Under the pieces are notes generated by a model, which worked only from the letters and a program-made list of their open reading frames with translations, did no database searches and had not been told where the DNA came from. Of a stretch of 64,000 nucleotides of DNA, positions 1 to 9,482 are shown piece after piece; position 1 is the first letter of the stretch, and every line of letters starts with the position of its first letter. The translations under genes and the position numbers were made by a program. The stretch covers positions 367,178 to 431,177 of the forward strand of contig CAVTRY010000012.1 in assembly GCA_963737265.1 (NCBI GenBank), read 5' to 3'. The DNA is from an uncultured delta proteobacterium (lineage in GTDB: Bacteria; Myxococcota_A; Polyangia; Fen-1088).

Positions 1-324
1 GCTGAACTCGGGTATTGGTTCCTGCGCCCGGCGTGGGGCAAAGGCTACGCGACCGAATCAGCCGCGGCCCTGCTCAACCTCGGCTTCCGCCGCCTCGGCC
101 TTCATCGAGTGTGGGGCAAGTGTCACACGCGAAATCCCGTTTCGGCCCGGGTCATGGAGAAGCTGGGCATGACCTACGAAGGAACCTTGCGCGAGCACGT
201 GTGGCTGTGCGACCACTTCCGCAGCTCGCGCATCTACGGCATGTTGCAAGACGAGTACGAGGCAGCAAAGAGTGGGCTGGGCGGTTCGCCGGCGAATCCC
301 TCGTCCCGCGGGGGATTTGGCTAG
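1..324 (+). CDS. GNAT N-acetyltransferase, RimJ/RimL family (5' end outside the window)
   Basis: Frame 1 from base 1 reads AELGYWFLRPAWGKGYATESA...NPVSARVMEKLGMTYEG, the typical RimJ/RimL motifs. Confidence 0.85.
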   Translation, partial: AELGYWFLRPAWGKGYATESAAALLNLGFRRLGLHRVWGKCHTRNPVSARVMEKLGMTYEGTLREHVWLCDHFRSSRIYGMLQDEYEAAKSGLGGSPANPSSRGGFG

Positions 325-749
325 CCCGTGACCGCGGTCAGGCCGAGGGCGGTGGCCGCGAGGATTTGGTGGGCGTCGAAAGTAAGGAACTTGGTGAAGT
401 TGTGGTGTAATGCAGTCACCAGGTGCATACAGTCCGACGAGCGAAGGAAGATCGTCGAAGGCAGCGTTGCAAAGGTCTCGGCGGCCGCTCTCATAATGAA
501 GCCGTCGACAGGCAGCCAGGTCCAGAAGCCGGCCAGATCGTCGTGCTGGAACTGACGAGCCGCCGCCAAGAAATCCCGTCGGCTCCATGTTCCCTCGCGT
601 AGGCGGCGATGAAACACCGCCATGATTTCCGGCCGCACCAGCTCGGAAACACAAACTTGGTCCGCCCGCTCGATCAACCGGCGGATAGCACGCGATTCTC
701 TCTCGGGGACGTAGAACTTGGCTACCGCCGAGGTGTCACAGGCGATCAA
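321..749 (-). CDS. VapC-like PIN-domain toxin
   Basis: TTG start overlapping the antitoxin stop; IACDTSAVAK...LRSSDCMHLVTAL...FLTFDAHQ PIN motifs. Confidence 0.85.
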   Translation of the reverse strand: MIACDTSAVAKFYVPERESRAIRRLIERADQVCVSELVRPEIMAVFHRRLREGTWSRRDFLAAARQFQHDDLAGFWTWLPVDGFIMRAAAETFATLPSTIFLRSSDCMHLVTALHHNFTKFLTFDAHQILAATALGLTAVTG

Positions 750-994
750 CGGTCGCCCCGAACCGCGTCTAGATCGCCGAGGATCTTGCCCGATGACTTG
801 CGCGCAAGCAGGGCCTTGTATTCGCTCAGCAAAATGCGCCGTCGAGGTTTCGTCACGAGTAGGGCGGGCCGGGCCAGCACGGCAACAGGTTTGCCCCGGT
901 CGGTGACCTCGATGGGAGACTTGGACCTGGCGGCCAGTCGCACATGCTCGCCTGTCGTCTGATGGAGCTGCTTGATGCTGATGCTGGCCGCCAT
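746..994 (-). CDS. Phd/YefM-family antitoxin
   Basis: 82 aa, ISIKQLHQTTGEHVR...PIEVTDRGKPVAVL; directly upstream of the PIN toxin. Confidence 0.85.
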   Translation of the reverse strand: MAASISIKQLHQTTGEHVRLAARSKSPIEVTDRGKPVAVLARPALLVTKPRRRILLSEYKALLARKSSGKILGDLDAVRGDR

Positions 995-1011
995 GGTGTA
1001 ACAGTGACACC
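995..1011. promoter_or_regulatory. Putative TA operator palindrome
   Basis: GGTGTAAC-A-GTGACACC (1 mismatch) abutting the antitoxin start codon. Confidence 0.5.
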
Positions 1012-1324
1012 CGCACGCGGCGCAGTCAAGGCACCGGCGGCGACGTGGCCTACGGTATCGTCCGATCCCATGCCTTCCAATTCAAGCTATCCGGGAGCCT
1101 GTCCATCGCGCGAAGTTCGCAGCCATTGACCTGGGCATGGGACGTGGGTGCGCGAACCAAGATTCTGTTGGCCGACGTCGTAGCCCTGGAAATGGAACTC
1201 GAACTCAACCGTCGCATCGATCCGGGCACATCGCAGACCGACACTTCCATCCGTGGCGCGGCCGTCTTGGAGTTGAACGTCCGAGCCACCCACCACTTGA
1301 ATATCTTCGCCGATATCAATCCGC

Positions 1325-1495
1325 ACACCCTCACCGATCTGGATTCGCGACGGCAATGGTTTGCCGGCTACACACAGACCTACCTTGAAAGGGATCTGCG
1401 CGATCTGTCGGTGGTTGCCTCGCTGGTGGACTTTCGCCGGCTGATGCGGGCTGCGTGCCTGCGTCTGGGCAACCTGGCCAACCAAACCGAGCAAC
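1325..1495 (+). pseudogene. Internal fragment of an AAA+/DUF4143 ATP-binding protein
   Basis: RRQWFAGYTQTYLERDLRDLSVVASLVDFRRLMRAACLRLGNLANQTE; no start or Walker A region. Confidence 0.65.
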
Positions 1496-1521
1496 ATCCG
1501 CCATCGCTACCGTCGTAGCAG

Positions 1522-1938
1522 TCACGCCAGAACCGTGAGACCAAGCGCGCGAAAGTCTCGGTCGAAGGCCAGGCAGGCCACGTCTCCCAGCCGTTGCCTC
1601 ACGATGACGAACGAGACCGCATCGCAGTAGGAGAGGCGTCGCCTGGGGGCCAGACGTCGAAAGACCTCCAGCGCGGCAGCATGGTCGGTCGAATCTGGAA
1701 CTACCATTTCGACAGTCGGCACGATATCCCGGGCAAACAGCAGAGCCGAACGCGCCCCATCGCGATAGCGAAGAAGGGTGAGGGTTTCGCTCATCACCTC
1801 GCGCGTGGTGTGGAACCGACTGGCCGCAACGGCCGCCTCTTCGAGCAAATCACCCGCGCGTTCATGATTCACGTCCTTGGCTACCATGGCCGCGAACCAA
1901 AACGATGTATCGACGAACAAATCCGTCGGGAGTGGCAT
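1522..1938 (-). CDS. VapC-like PIN-domain toxin
   Basis: LFVDTSFWFA...SETLTLL...LSYCDAVSF...AFDRDF. Confidence 0.9.
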   Translation of the reverse strand: MPLPTDLFVDTSFWFAAMVAKDVNHERAGDLLEEAAVAASRFHTTREVMSETLTLLRYRDGARSALLFARDIVPTVEMVVPDSTDHAAALEVFRRLAPRRRLSYCDAVSFVIVRQRLGDVACLAFDRDFRALGLTVLA

Positions 1939-2192
1939 TAGTCGTGGCGTCTCGTCAGGTAGTCGGTTTTGTGCACCGACACGTCTGCGCGCTGCCCACG
2001 GCGGCGCGGTAGCGCTTGTCGCAGGGAGAGAAGTGCCCTTGCTGTTCCGGCCTCCTCAACCAGAGGCCCAATCAATCGCGCAACGGTGACGCCACGATTC
2101 GTAATTTCCACGGTTGTTCCGGCTCTCTGAATCTCCTTCAAAAGAGATGGCAGGGCTTTCCTGACTTCGCTGATGGCCATTTGTCGCGACAT
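1938..2192 (-). CDS. Phd/YefM-family antitoxin
   Basis: MSRQMAISEVRKALPSLL...VEITNRGVTVARL; coupled to the PIN gene. Confidence 0.85.
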   Translation of the reverse strand: MSRQMAISEVRKALPSLLKEIQRAGTTVEITNRGVTVARLIGPLVEEAGTARALLSLRQALPRRRGQRADVSVHKTDYLTRRHD

Positions 2193-2208
2193 GTACAAAT
2201 TGTACATG
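2190..2208. promoter_or_regulatory. Putative TA operator palindrome
   Basis: Perfect CATGTACAA-A-TTGTACATG overlapping the antitoxin ATG. Confidence 0.6.
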
Positions 2209-2300
2209 ACCGAGTTTTCAAAAACCAGAGACATCGTTCGCTTCCCGAATCAACTGGGCAAGCGAAGCTGTGATCGGTACCTGGTTCGATGGAGCACGTC

Positions 2301-2348
2301 TTCGCCTCGCCCCGCGTGTTCGCCTCGCCCCGCTTGCGCGGGGCAAGG
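2301..2348. repeat. REP-like hairpin with a duplicated left arm
   Basis: TTCGCCTCGCCCCGC twice, then the hairpin CCTCGCCCCGC-TTGC-GCGGGGCAAGG; resembles hairpin 2 of the repeat at 29.6-39 kb. Confidence 0.5.
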
Positions 2349-2358
2349 TGTTTTCAGG

Positions 2359-2661
2359 TCAGCCCGCCGCCGCGACTGGCTTCGGAAGGCGTCGGAGGTG
2401 GGCCCGCGCTTGATGGAGGTCGACCGCCTGCTGAGCGTTGAGCCAGAAGTCGGGCGACGTCTGGAAGCTGGCGCCGAGCCTGAGCGCCATCTCGGCGGTC
2501 ACGGACGTGCGTCCGTTGACGATCCGGTTGACGACCTTCACGTCACAGCCGAGGTGAAGGGCGAGCTCCTTCTGGCTCATGCCCAAGGGCTTGAGGAACT
2601 CCTCGTGCAGGATCTCACCAGGGGTCGTCGGTTTGCGCGTCATTTCTCGGTGTGCATCCAT
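2359..2661 (-). CDS. higA: HigA-family antitoxin (XRE HTH)
   Basis: PTTPGEILHEEFLKPLGMSQKELA...TAEMALRL...FWLNAQ; AAGGAG SD before the ATG at 2661. Confidence 0.9.
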   Translation of the reverse strand: MDAHREMTRKPTTPGEILHEEFLKPLGMSQKELALHLGCDVKVVNRIVNGRTSVTAEMALRLGASFQTSPDFWLNAQQAVDLHQARAHLRRLPKPVAAAG

Positions 2662-2674
2662 CTGAATGTCTCCT

Positions 2675-2968
2675 TCACCCGTGGTAGTCGACGATGTCGA
2701 CATCCTCCGGGCCACTTCTCGTCCAGCGAAAGATCACTCGCCGCTGGTCATTGACCCGGATGCTGAAGGAACCCTTCAGGTCGCCCTTGAGAGCCTCCAG
2801 CCGGTTCGCGGGCGGTGATCTCAGGTCATCCACCGTTTGTGCGTAGTGCAAGATATCCAGCTTGCGGGTCACGGTCTTGGCGACGCCAATCCAGCCGGCT
2901 CGTCGGTCCGTCGTGCCGTCGAGGAAGAAATCCGCAAGCGCGGGCCGGCGAAAGCTGCGGATTGCCAT
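2675..2968 (-). CDS. higB: HigB toxin (plasmid maintenance killer, RelE-like)
   Basis: MAIRSFR...[35 protein letters not shown]...DIVDYH; toxin-first order. Confidence 0.9.
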   Translation of the reverse strand: MAIRSFRRPALADFFLDGTTDRRAGWIGVAKTVTRKLDILHYAQTVDDLRSPPANRLEALKGDLKGSFSIRVNDQRRVIFRWTRSGPEDVDIVDYHG

Positions 2969-2979
2969 CGACGTGTCCA

Positions 2980-3000
2980 ATATACCTGATCACGGTATAT
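2980..3000. promoter_or_regulatory. Putative higBA operator
   Basis: ATATACC-TGATCAC-GGTATAT inverted repeat just upstream of higB. Confidence 0.55.
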
Positions 3001-3012
3001 CTGCAAGAGGTA

Positions 3013-3437
3013 TCCAATACCTGATGCTGCACAATATCGATACGCTGGGAGCCAACCTGGATGCACGCTGGCTGGGGCGCCACATCACCAGCGGAGTCAC
3101 GCTCAGCTTCGAGGTCACGGCACGCCGCTTCGAAGACCGCGGCGGGGGCCTGGCGCGCGTGGCTGACCGCTTGCGGATTGTCGAGGGGCTCGCACTACCG
3201 CGCGAGGAGGACGAATCCAAGTTGACCTACTACAACGCGCTTACGACCTGGATCTCCGTGGACCCACTCCTGGCCTTGTTTGGGCTTTCTCGCCGCACTC
3301 TGAACGATCCGCAGAGCGTGCTTGAGGCGGTGCGCACGCTCGCCGCTCGGTTGCCGACATACATCACCATCAAGGAAGTCAAGCGGCGCTGGGGGCACGC
3401 GCAGGAGGATATCTTCCCCGTCACCCAGTTCGAGAAG
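3013..3437 (+). pseudogene. Internal fragment of a UDPGP-family (UTP--glucose-1-phosphate uridylyltransferase-like) gene
   Basis: [12 protein letters not shown]...DRGGGLARV...LVEGL-type...[19 protein letters not shown]; both ends missing. Confidence 0.6.
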
Positions 3438-3845
3438 ACTGCGTGCCACGGCCAACCCGCCCGTCGGGCCCCGGCAAGGGTCATAGGCATTAACCGGATG
3501 GGCAGCGAAGGATCGAGAGAGGGCGCGGCGAAGCCGCGGGGGTTGGAGGAGGGTGTGGTGGTCCCGAAGTGCCCCGGGCGGAGATGTCGCCTCGCGCAGC
3601 CGAGTCACCGCCATTCCCCTGCCCGAACTGCGCCTTCGTTTGCGGTCGCCGGGCCGCAATTGGGCTAGACTATGAGGGGAAGCCTTGCCGATCCTGCTCG
3701 ATCGCATCCGGGAAGAAGGGCAGGCGCTATGGGGCCACGCCTACAGCGGCCGCGCGGCAATTCAGCCAGACAGTGCAATACCTATGGCTGCGGCCGGATC
3801 AAACGCCTACTTGTTGGGCGGCGGCCATGGGGTTAGAATTGCCCC

Positions 3846-4085
3846 ATGGCTCAAGCAAGCCCATCTGATCTTCTGCAGCGGGCGCTGCAACTGCCGGCTG
3901 ACGACCGGCTTGCGCTCGCGACGGAGATCCTTGAGAGCGTGGAAGGCCCCGAGGATCCCAAATGGGCAACCGCGTGGGCGGCGGAACTTGACCGCAGGGT
4001 AGGAGAGCTGGACGCTGGCACTGCAAAGACGATCCCCTGGGAACAGGTTAGGTCTGAGACCCTCGGACGCTTGCGTTCGAAATGA
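3846..4085 (+). CDS. Putative addiction-module antitoxin (TIGR02574-like)
   Basis: ALQLPADDRLALATEILESV...AWAAELDRR...IPWEQVR. Confidence 0.85.
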   Translation: MAQASPSDLLQRALQLPADDRLALATEILESVEGPEDPKWATAWAAELDRRVGELDAGTAKTIPWEQVRSETLGRLRSK

Positions 4086-4292
4086 AGCCAACGATTTTCG
4101 CGCCTTCCGCTCGCACGGAGTTCGAGGCGGCGGCGGAATGGTACAGTCTGGGATGGAGATCGTCGTTTCAGGAGGGCCGTCGCTCAGCGATTCCCGTACG
4201 TCGTTTTCTTTCGCGAGCTGCCGGACTGCATTGAGGTAACCGCAGTTGCGCACGCGGCGCGGGATCCGGAATACTGGCTCAAGCGCAGATAG
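4082..4292 (+). pseudogene. ParE/RelE toxin with internal deletion and frameshift
   Basis: ATGA overlap with the antitoxin; MKPTIFAPSARTEFEAAAEWY joined out of frame to RRAVAQRFPYVVFFRE...VTAVAHAARDPEYWLKRR*. Confidence 0.8.
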
Positions 4293-4398
4293 TCCGCCCA
4301 ACTAGTCCTACGCCTTGACTAGCACCCGACGATAGGTTTTGTCCCATCCCGCCTCGTGCTACGGTGTGGCCCCTGGATGATCCGATGAGCGAACACGG

Positions 4399-4959
4399 AT
4401 GACCGTCAACCTGTCGAACTACGACAACCGGGGCTACCATCCCGGACGCGGACTTTTCGTTCGCTTGCTCTGGTACATCTGCAACGCGACCTTGTTCACC
4501 ACCTGGCTGCTGCCGCTGTCGGGAGCCAAACGAAAACTGCTCCGTCTCTTTGGCGCGCGCATCGGCGCGGGCGTCGTCATCAAGCCGAGGGTGAATATCA
4601 AGTACCCCTGGCATCTGAGCATCGGGAAGCACTGCTGGATCGGCGAAGGCTGTTGGATCGACAACCTCGTCGACGTGACCATTGGCGACAACGTCTGCAT
4701 CTCGCAGGGGGCGTATCTGCTCACCGGCAACCACGACTACAAGGATCCCAGGTTCGGCTTCATGGGCGTGCCCATCACGCTCGCGGACGGCAGCTGGGTA
4801 GGTGCCTTCGCCATCGTGTGCCCGGGCGCCCACCTTGCCCAAAACTCTATCGTCACCGTGGGCAGCGTCCTGCGCGGCGAAACCGCGCCCGACGGCATCT
4901 ATTCTGGCAATCCGGCCACCAGGGTTCGCGAACGCGAAATAGCAGGTCCGCCAGGCTAG
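4399..4959 (+). CDS. wcaF: WcaF-like polysaccharide O-acetyltransferase (hexapeptide repeat)
   Basis: LLRLFGARIG...IKYPWHLSIG...CISQGAYLLTGNHDY...GNPA. Confidence 0.9.
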   Translation: MTVNLSNYDNRGYHPGRGLFVRLLWYICNATLFTTWLLPLSGAKRKLLRLFGARIGAGVVIKPRVNIKYPWHLSIGKHCWIGEGCWIDNLVDVTIGDNVCISQGAYLLTGNHDYKDPRFGFMGVPITLADGSWVGAFAIVCPGAHLAQNSIVTVGSVLRGETAPDGIYSGNPATRVREREIAGPPG

Positions 4960-4961
4960 CC

Positions 4962-6128
4962 ATGCGGATTCTCCAGGTCGTCGACTCGCTCGACCCGATC
5001 TACGGCGGTCCGCCCGCGGTTGTTCTTCGTCTCTCGGCCGCTCTCGCACGCGAAGGCGCGCAGGTGACCCTCTACAGTCAAGAACGCTCGGGGCGTGAAA
5101 CCGATATCGCATCAACCCTGCGAGGCATTCCCGGCATCGAATCGGTTCGCCGAGTTTCCGAAGTCTGCGACCGCCGCGGCGCTAGACTGACAGGACGTCC
5201 CGCGCGGGATTTTCTGCGCAGGTCGGGCAGCGAATTCGACGTCGTGCATGTCCACGGGCTTTGGCGCCCGGGTCTGGCGGCCATTCTGCGCGAATCGTTC
5301 ATGCGGTCGTGCCCCTACGTCATCACCCCGCACGGAATGCTGGCGCGCTGGAGCTTGGCCCAGAAACCCCTGCGCAAGAAGATCGCCCTGGCCGCTACCT
5401 GGCGAAAGCTGATTCGACGAGCGTCGTTCGTGCAGGCCCTGACCCAGGCCGAGGCGCGGGACTTTGCCGCCCTTGGCATCGAGTGCCCGGTGGACATCGT
5501 CCCAAACGGCTTCTTCCTGGAAGAGATGGGCGAACTGCCGGCGCCAGGATCGTTTCACTCGACCCATCCCGAGCTTGGCGGCCAACCCTTCATCCTCTTC
5601 TTGGGCCGGCTTCACTACGTCAAGCGCGTGGACTGGCTCGTTCGCGCCTTCGCCAAGCTGGCCGCGAACGACGCGGACGTGCGCCTGGTTCTGGCGGGAC
5701 CCGACTGCGGAACGCGTCCCGATATCGAACGCGAAGCGAAGTTCCTTGGGCTTGACGGCCGGATTCACCTTGTTGGTCCGCTGTACGGCCAGCAGAAATA
5801 TGCCGCGTTCGTGGACGCCCGCTGCTTCTGCCAGCCCAGCGTGTACGAAACCTTCAGCATGTCGATCCTGGAAGCCATGGCCTGCGGCCTGCCGCCCGTC
5901 ATCACCCGCGGCTGCAACTTCGACGAAGTGGAAACCTCTGGCTCCGGACTCGTTGTCGAGAGCGAGGCCGAGCTGGCGGATGCCCTTGGCAAGCTGTGCA
6001 GCGACGCCGACGCACGCGCCACCGCCGCCAAGAAAGCGCGCGACCTGGTCGTCGCCAAATACACCTGGCCCGTCGTCGCCCGGCAAATGCTCGCCCGATA
6101 CCAAGCGCGCCTGACGAGCAAGCGGTAG
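4962..6128 (+). CDS. Glycosyltransferase family 4
   Basis: MRILQVVDSLDPIYGGP...HVHGLW...TPHGML...FLGRLHYVK...ETFSMSILEAMACG. Confidence 0.9.
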   Translation: MRILQVVDSLDPIYGGPPAVVLRLSAALAREGAQVTLYSQERSGRETDIASTLRGIPGIESVRRVSEVCDRRGARLTGRPARDFLRRSGSEFDVVHVHGLWRPGLAAILRESFMRSCPYVITPHGMLARWSLAQKPLRKKIALAATWRKLIRRASFVQALTQAEARDFAALGIECPVDIVPNGFFLEEMGELPAPGSFHSTHPELGGQPFILFLGRLHYVKRVDWLVRAFAKLAANDADVRLVLAGPDCGTRPDIEREAKFLGLDGRIHLVGPLYGQQKYAAFVDARCFCQPSVYETFSMSILEAMACGLPPVITRGCNFDEVETSGSGLVVESEAELADALGKLCSDADARATAAKKARDLVVAKYTWPVVARQMLARYQARLTSKR

Positions 6129-6304
6129 GCGACGCCGCGGAGCTTGTCCCCGCCCTGGGCTCACGGACTGACGGAGACGCGCTCCCTTTTGCAGCGTCTT
6201 CTCGGTTTTCGACACATCTTCCGTCACGCCTACGCCATCGACCTGGACGGCGCCCGCGCGCAATAGCCCGCGCAACAAACCGCGCGCAACAAACCGCGCG
6301 CAAC

Positions 6305-6770
6305 ATGCGGCCGCACATGGCGGACCTGCCAGCCCATGCGGCGAGTCCTTCGCCAGATGGGGCGATCCCTGTGAGCCCGTGCCATGGCTCCGACCGTGGG
6401 TGTAGCGGCCATGTCGGCAGACACGGCGGCCACTTCGGCAGACACGGCGGTCGTGTCGGCGGGTGGGGCGGATCTGCACGCGCATACTGCGGACCCGCAG
6501 GCACACGCGGCGAACCTGCACGCGTATACGGCGGATCTGCCAGCGCATGTGGTGAGTCCGTCGCCAGATGTGGCGATCTCGCGAGCCTGCGCCATGGCCA
6601 CGTCCGCGGATGTGGCGGCCATATCGGCAGACACGGTGGACCTGCAGGCGCACACGGCGGCCATGTCGGCAGATGGGGCGGACCTGCACGCGCATACGGC
6701 GGATCCGCAGGCGCACACGGTGGTCATGTCGGCGCATACGGCGGGCAAGTCGACAGATACGGCGGGCCGC
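6305..6770. repeat. Degenerate 21-bp tandem repeat array (about 22 units)
   Basis: Units such as ATGTCGGCAGACACGGCGGCC, CTGCACGCGCATACGGCGGAT, CCGCAGGCGCACACGGTGGTC; higher-order duplication at a ~210-bp offset; preceded by CGCGCAACAAAC repeats at ~6255-6304. Confidence 0.8.
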
Positions 6771-6777
6771 ACCCCCG

Positions 6778-6999
6778 CGCAGCCGCGACGTCGAGTACGC
6801 CCATTCAGGTTACCGATCATGGCAAACCTGTTGCCGTGCTGACAAAGCCCGCCCTGCTTCTGCGCAAGCGACGGCGGCGCACACTGCTGCCCGAGTACAA
6901 GGCCCTGCTGTCCCGTGCGTCGACAGGAGACATTCTCGACGACCTGGCAGCGGTCCGGGGCGATCGATGATCGCCTGCGACACGTCCGCGGTGGCCTAG
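6778..6999 (+). pseudogene. Remnant paralog of the 321-994 Phd-VapC module
   Basis: TPIQVTDHGKPVAVL...LLPEYKALL...LAAVRGDR* then MIACDTSAVA*; antitoxin lacks its N-terminus, toxin stops after 10 codons. Confidence 0.85.
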
Positions 7000-7099
7000 G
7001 CAATCCGGCTGGGGATAGTTGGAAAGAACCGTCGCACATCGCCATCATAACTGTGCCTCGCCGATTGGGTTGGGCCAGTGTAGGATTTGAGTTAGCTCA

Positions 7100-7399
7100 A
7101 TGAGCCCGCACCTGCACTTCAAGGGCGAGGTGATCGCTGCCTTTTGCCGCCGGAACCACATCCGAAAGCTCGCATTTTTCGGTTCGGTGCTGCGTGCCGA
7201 TTTTCGTGACGACAGCGACATCGACGTGCTGGTGGAGTTCGAACCGGGCCAGGTCCCGGGCTTCGCCTTCTTCGGTCTGGAGGACGAGCTTGGTCTCCTC
7301 CTGGGACACAAGGTCGACTTGCATACGCCCGCCTCTCTCAGCGACCACTTCCGCGATCGGGTCCTTCGCGAAGCCGAGCCCGCCTATGTCGCTGCATGA
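7100..7399 (+). CDS. MNT minimal nucleotidyltransferase antitoxin
   Basis: FFGSVLRADFRDDSDIDVLVEF (GSX10DXD). Confidence 0.9.
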   Translation: MSPHLHFKGEVIAAFCRRNHIRKLAFFGSVLRADFRDDSDIDVLVEFEPGQVPGFAFFGLEDELGLLLGHKVDLHTPASLSDHFRDRVLREAEPAYVAA

Positions 7400-7727
7400 T
7401 CCCCTCATCGCGCTCGCTCAGATGCGCGACCATGCGCAGGAGGCAATGGCCCTTCTGGCGGGCAAGAGCCGGACGAATCTGGAAGCCGACCGTGTTCTGT
7501 GCCTCGCCATCGTTCGGCTAATTGAAATCCTCGGCGAGGCGGCAAGAAGAGTTCCCAGCGAGATGCAACAAGTGTACCCGAGCATTCCCTGGTCCCACAT
7601 CATTGGGATGCGCAATCGTTTGATTCATGGGTACGACCGTGTCGATCTAGACATTGTGTGGTCCGTGGTCGTTGCAGACCTTCCGCCCCTGGTGGCGCGG
7701 CTCGCGGAAATCACGGCCCGGCGCTGA
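7386..7727 (+). CDS. HEPN (DUF86, HepT-like) toxin
   Basis: EILGEAA...IPWSHIIGMRNRLIHGYD (RX4HXY); overlaps MNT. Confidence 0.9.
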   Translation: MSLHDPLIALAQMRDHAQEAMALLAGKSRTNLEADRVLCLAIVRLIEILGEAARRVPSEMQQVYPSIPWSHIIGMRNRLIHGYDRVDLDIVWSVVVADLPPLVARLAEITARR

Positions 7728-7872
7728 TCGACGGCCTTCACGTCGGCGCCATGGACGTGCATCCGACGAGGCGGCCGACGTTTTGGCGGTCGCGACCCAA
7801 AGAAAACGCCGGGCTCCGGGCGGCATGAAGCCAGCGCGAGGAACCCGGCGTCGCGAATGCCAGGGCACAGGC

Positions 7873-8479
7873 CTACGGGGTCGGAGGCGTTGGCTCCGGC
7901 GGCGTCGGCGCGGGCGCCGGGTTCCCGGCAGCGCGCTGACGGTACAGGATGGACAAGTTGAACCTGCCCGAGGCCTGCGGGTCGTGAGAATAGAGCTCGT
8001 GGCCAGCATCGTTGATGATCTGCAGCCCGATGTAGAGCTGGGCCTTCTTGATGTAGAAGTCGGCAAGCGCCACGGGCAGAGCCGGCGCGCGGCTCAGCTC
8101 CTGCGCACTATCGGCCGCCTCCAAGGCGTCGCACACCTTGCGTCCCTCGTCGATCAGCGGCTGGGTCGGCGCCCCCACCGCATCCATCGCCGCGGCGTGC
8201 TCGGTGAGCAAGCTCAGAAGCTGCCTCCCCTGCGCGAGCACCTCGGGCACCATACTTCCAGTCAGCGCATGGGTCATGTCGTCGGGCAGCTTCACACCCG
8301 CGCGAATCGCGGCGCTGGAGCGTGCCGCGCCCTTGCGACCCCACGATTTCACCGCGCGCGTCGCCGTGTGCTGCGTTCCCGTCGCCAGCTTGGCATCTGC
8401 CGAGGCGATGGTCTTGCTGTTCCCAGCCGCGGCAACGGCGTCACGGCAGCGACGTCACCTGGTCCCAATCTGACGCCAT
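7873..8479 (-). pseudogene. Hypothetical protein with internal deletion near the N-terminus
   Basis: AGGAGG SD + ATG at 8479 stops after 12 codons; a second frame is open from ~8454 to 7873 with a Pro-rich tail. Confidence 0.5.
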
Positions 8480-8678
8480 GTACTCCTCCTTTTTCTCACG
8501 AGTTAAGTACTTCACCACGCCCAATACTGCGGCGGAACGTATTTAATGACGCCGTCGGAAGTTGTCAGGCACGACGAAAAGAGGCTCCGCTTGTTAGCGT
8601 GATTCTTGTCACAGCGAGAAACGGGCTTGTCCGGGCAACGTCTCCTTCTTCACGCGGGACGATTGGCAGCTCGAACGG

Positions 8679-9395
8679 TCAGGTCGAGTGAGCCTTTAGG
8701 GGGCCACGTCGCAGGTTCCATACGCCCAGGTGTTTGCCCGGGTCGAAGGCACCCTCATCAATCGATCCGTCGGGGGGACGAAATCCGAAAGGCTCCAGCG
8801 TGAAGTTCAAAGGACGGAATCGGAAACTCGAAACCTGGTCGGAATTTTGCCGGACGCTGGGATGGTGCGTGACCACCAGCAAATGCCCTGCCGCGCGTTC
8901 CAGGTGTGGCAGAGCCAGCGCGATATCAGTAAAGGAAAGGTGGTTCAGGCACTCGCGACATAGTACCAAATCGCACTGGGGTAGTTCGTCCTGACAGATG
9001 TCGAGGCGGCGGAACGATCGTTGCTGGCTTCCGAAAATCCGCTGGTTCTGCGCTATCAAATCCTCGACGATGTCGCACCCGACGTATCGCCCGTCGAATG
9101 TGATCTGCCGCATCCAGTTGAAGTCGCCACACGGTGCATCCAGCAAGGAGGCAATACCGTGATCCCGAATCAACGACTCGAGCCCAGCCCGCGTGCCCGT
9201 CGTCGCCTGAAGCGTGCTTCCAAAGCCAGAGGCGCTCTCTGGGTTGCCCCACATGCGCTCGCGGTAGATGGCTGCGAACCGCGCCGACTGGGTCGGATTC
9301 TGGAACAAGAACCAGCGCTCCTTGACGGTGAACCATGCCTTCCTTGCCAAGGGTAGGAGAAACCTGTGGAAAGCGGCGGATGTTGGTCGGTTCAT
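8679..9395 (-). CDS. Class I SAM-dependent methyltransferase
   Basis: WGNPESASGFGS...LLDAPCGDFNWM...YVGCDIV...DLVLCRECLNHL. Confidence 0.85.
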   Translation of the reverse strand: MNRPTSAAFHRFLLPLARKAWFTVKERWFLFQNPTQSARFAAIYRERMWGNPESASGFGSTLQATTGTRAGLESLIRDHGIASLLDAPCGDFNWMRQITFDGRYVGCDIVEDLIAQNQRIFGSQQRSFRRLDICQDELPQCDLVLCRECLNHLSFTDIALALPHLERAAGHLLVVTHHPSVRQNSDQVSSFRFRPLNFTLEPFGFRPPDGSIDEGAFDPGKHLGVWNLRRGPLKAHST

Positions 9396-9482
9396 CTGAA
9401 CTCGGTGTTTGGACGGCGAGAATAGGTCACTGCTACTTCCTGCGCACGGGAAAACTGGCGGGAATGATAGGGCCGCGCCCTG

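Noticed and set aside
5112-7048. Long reverse-strand ORFs (541 aa, 272 aa) over the GT4 gene and the 21-bp array
   Set aside because: Antisense shadows and repeat-derived open frames with no recognisable domain.
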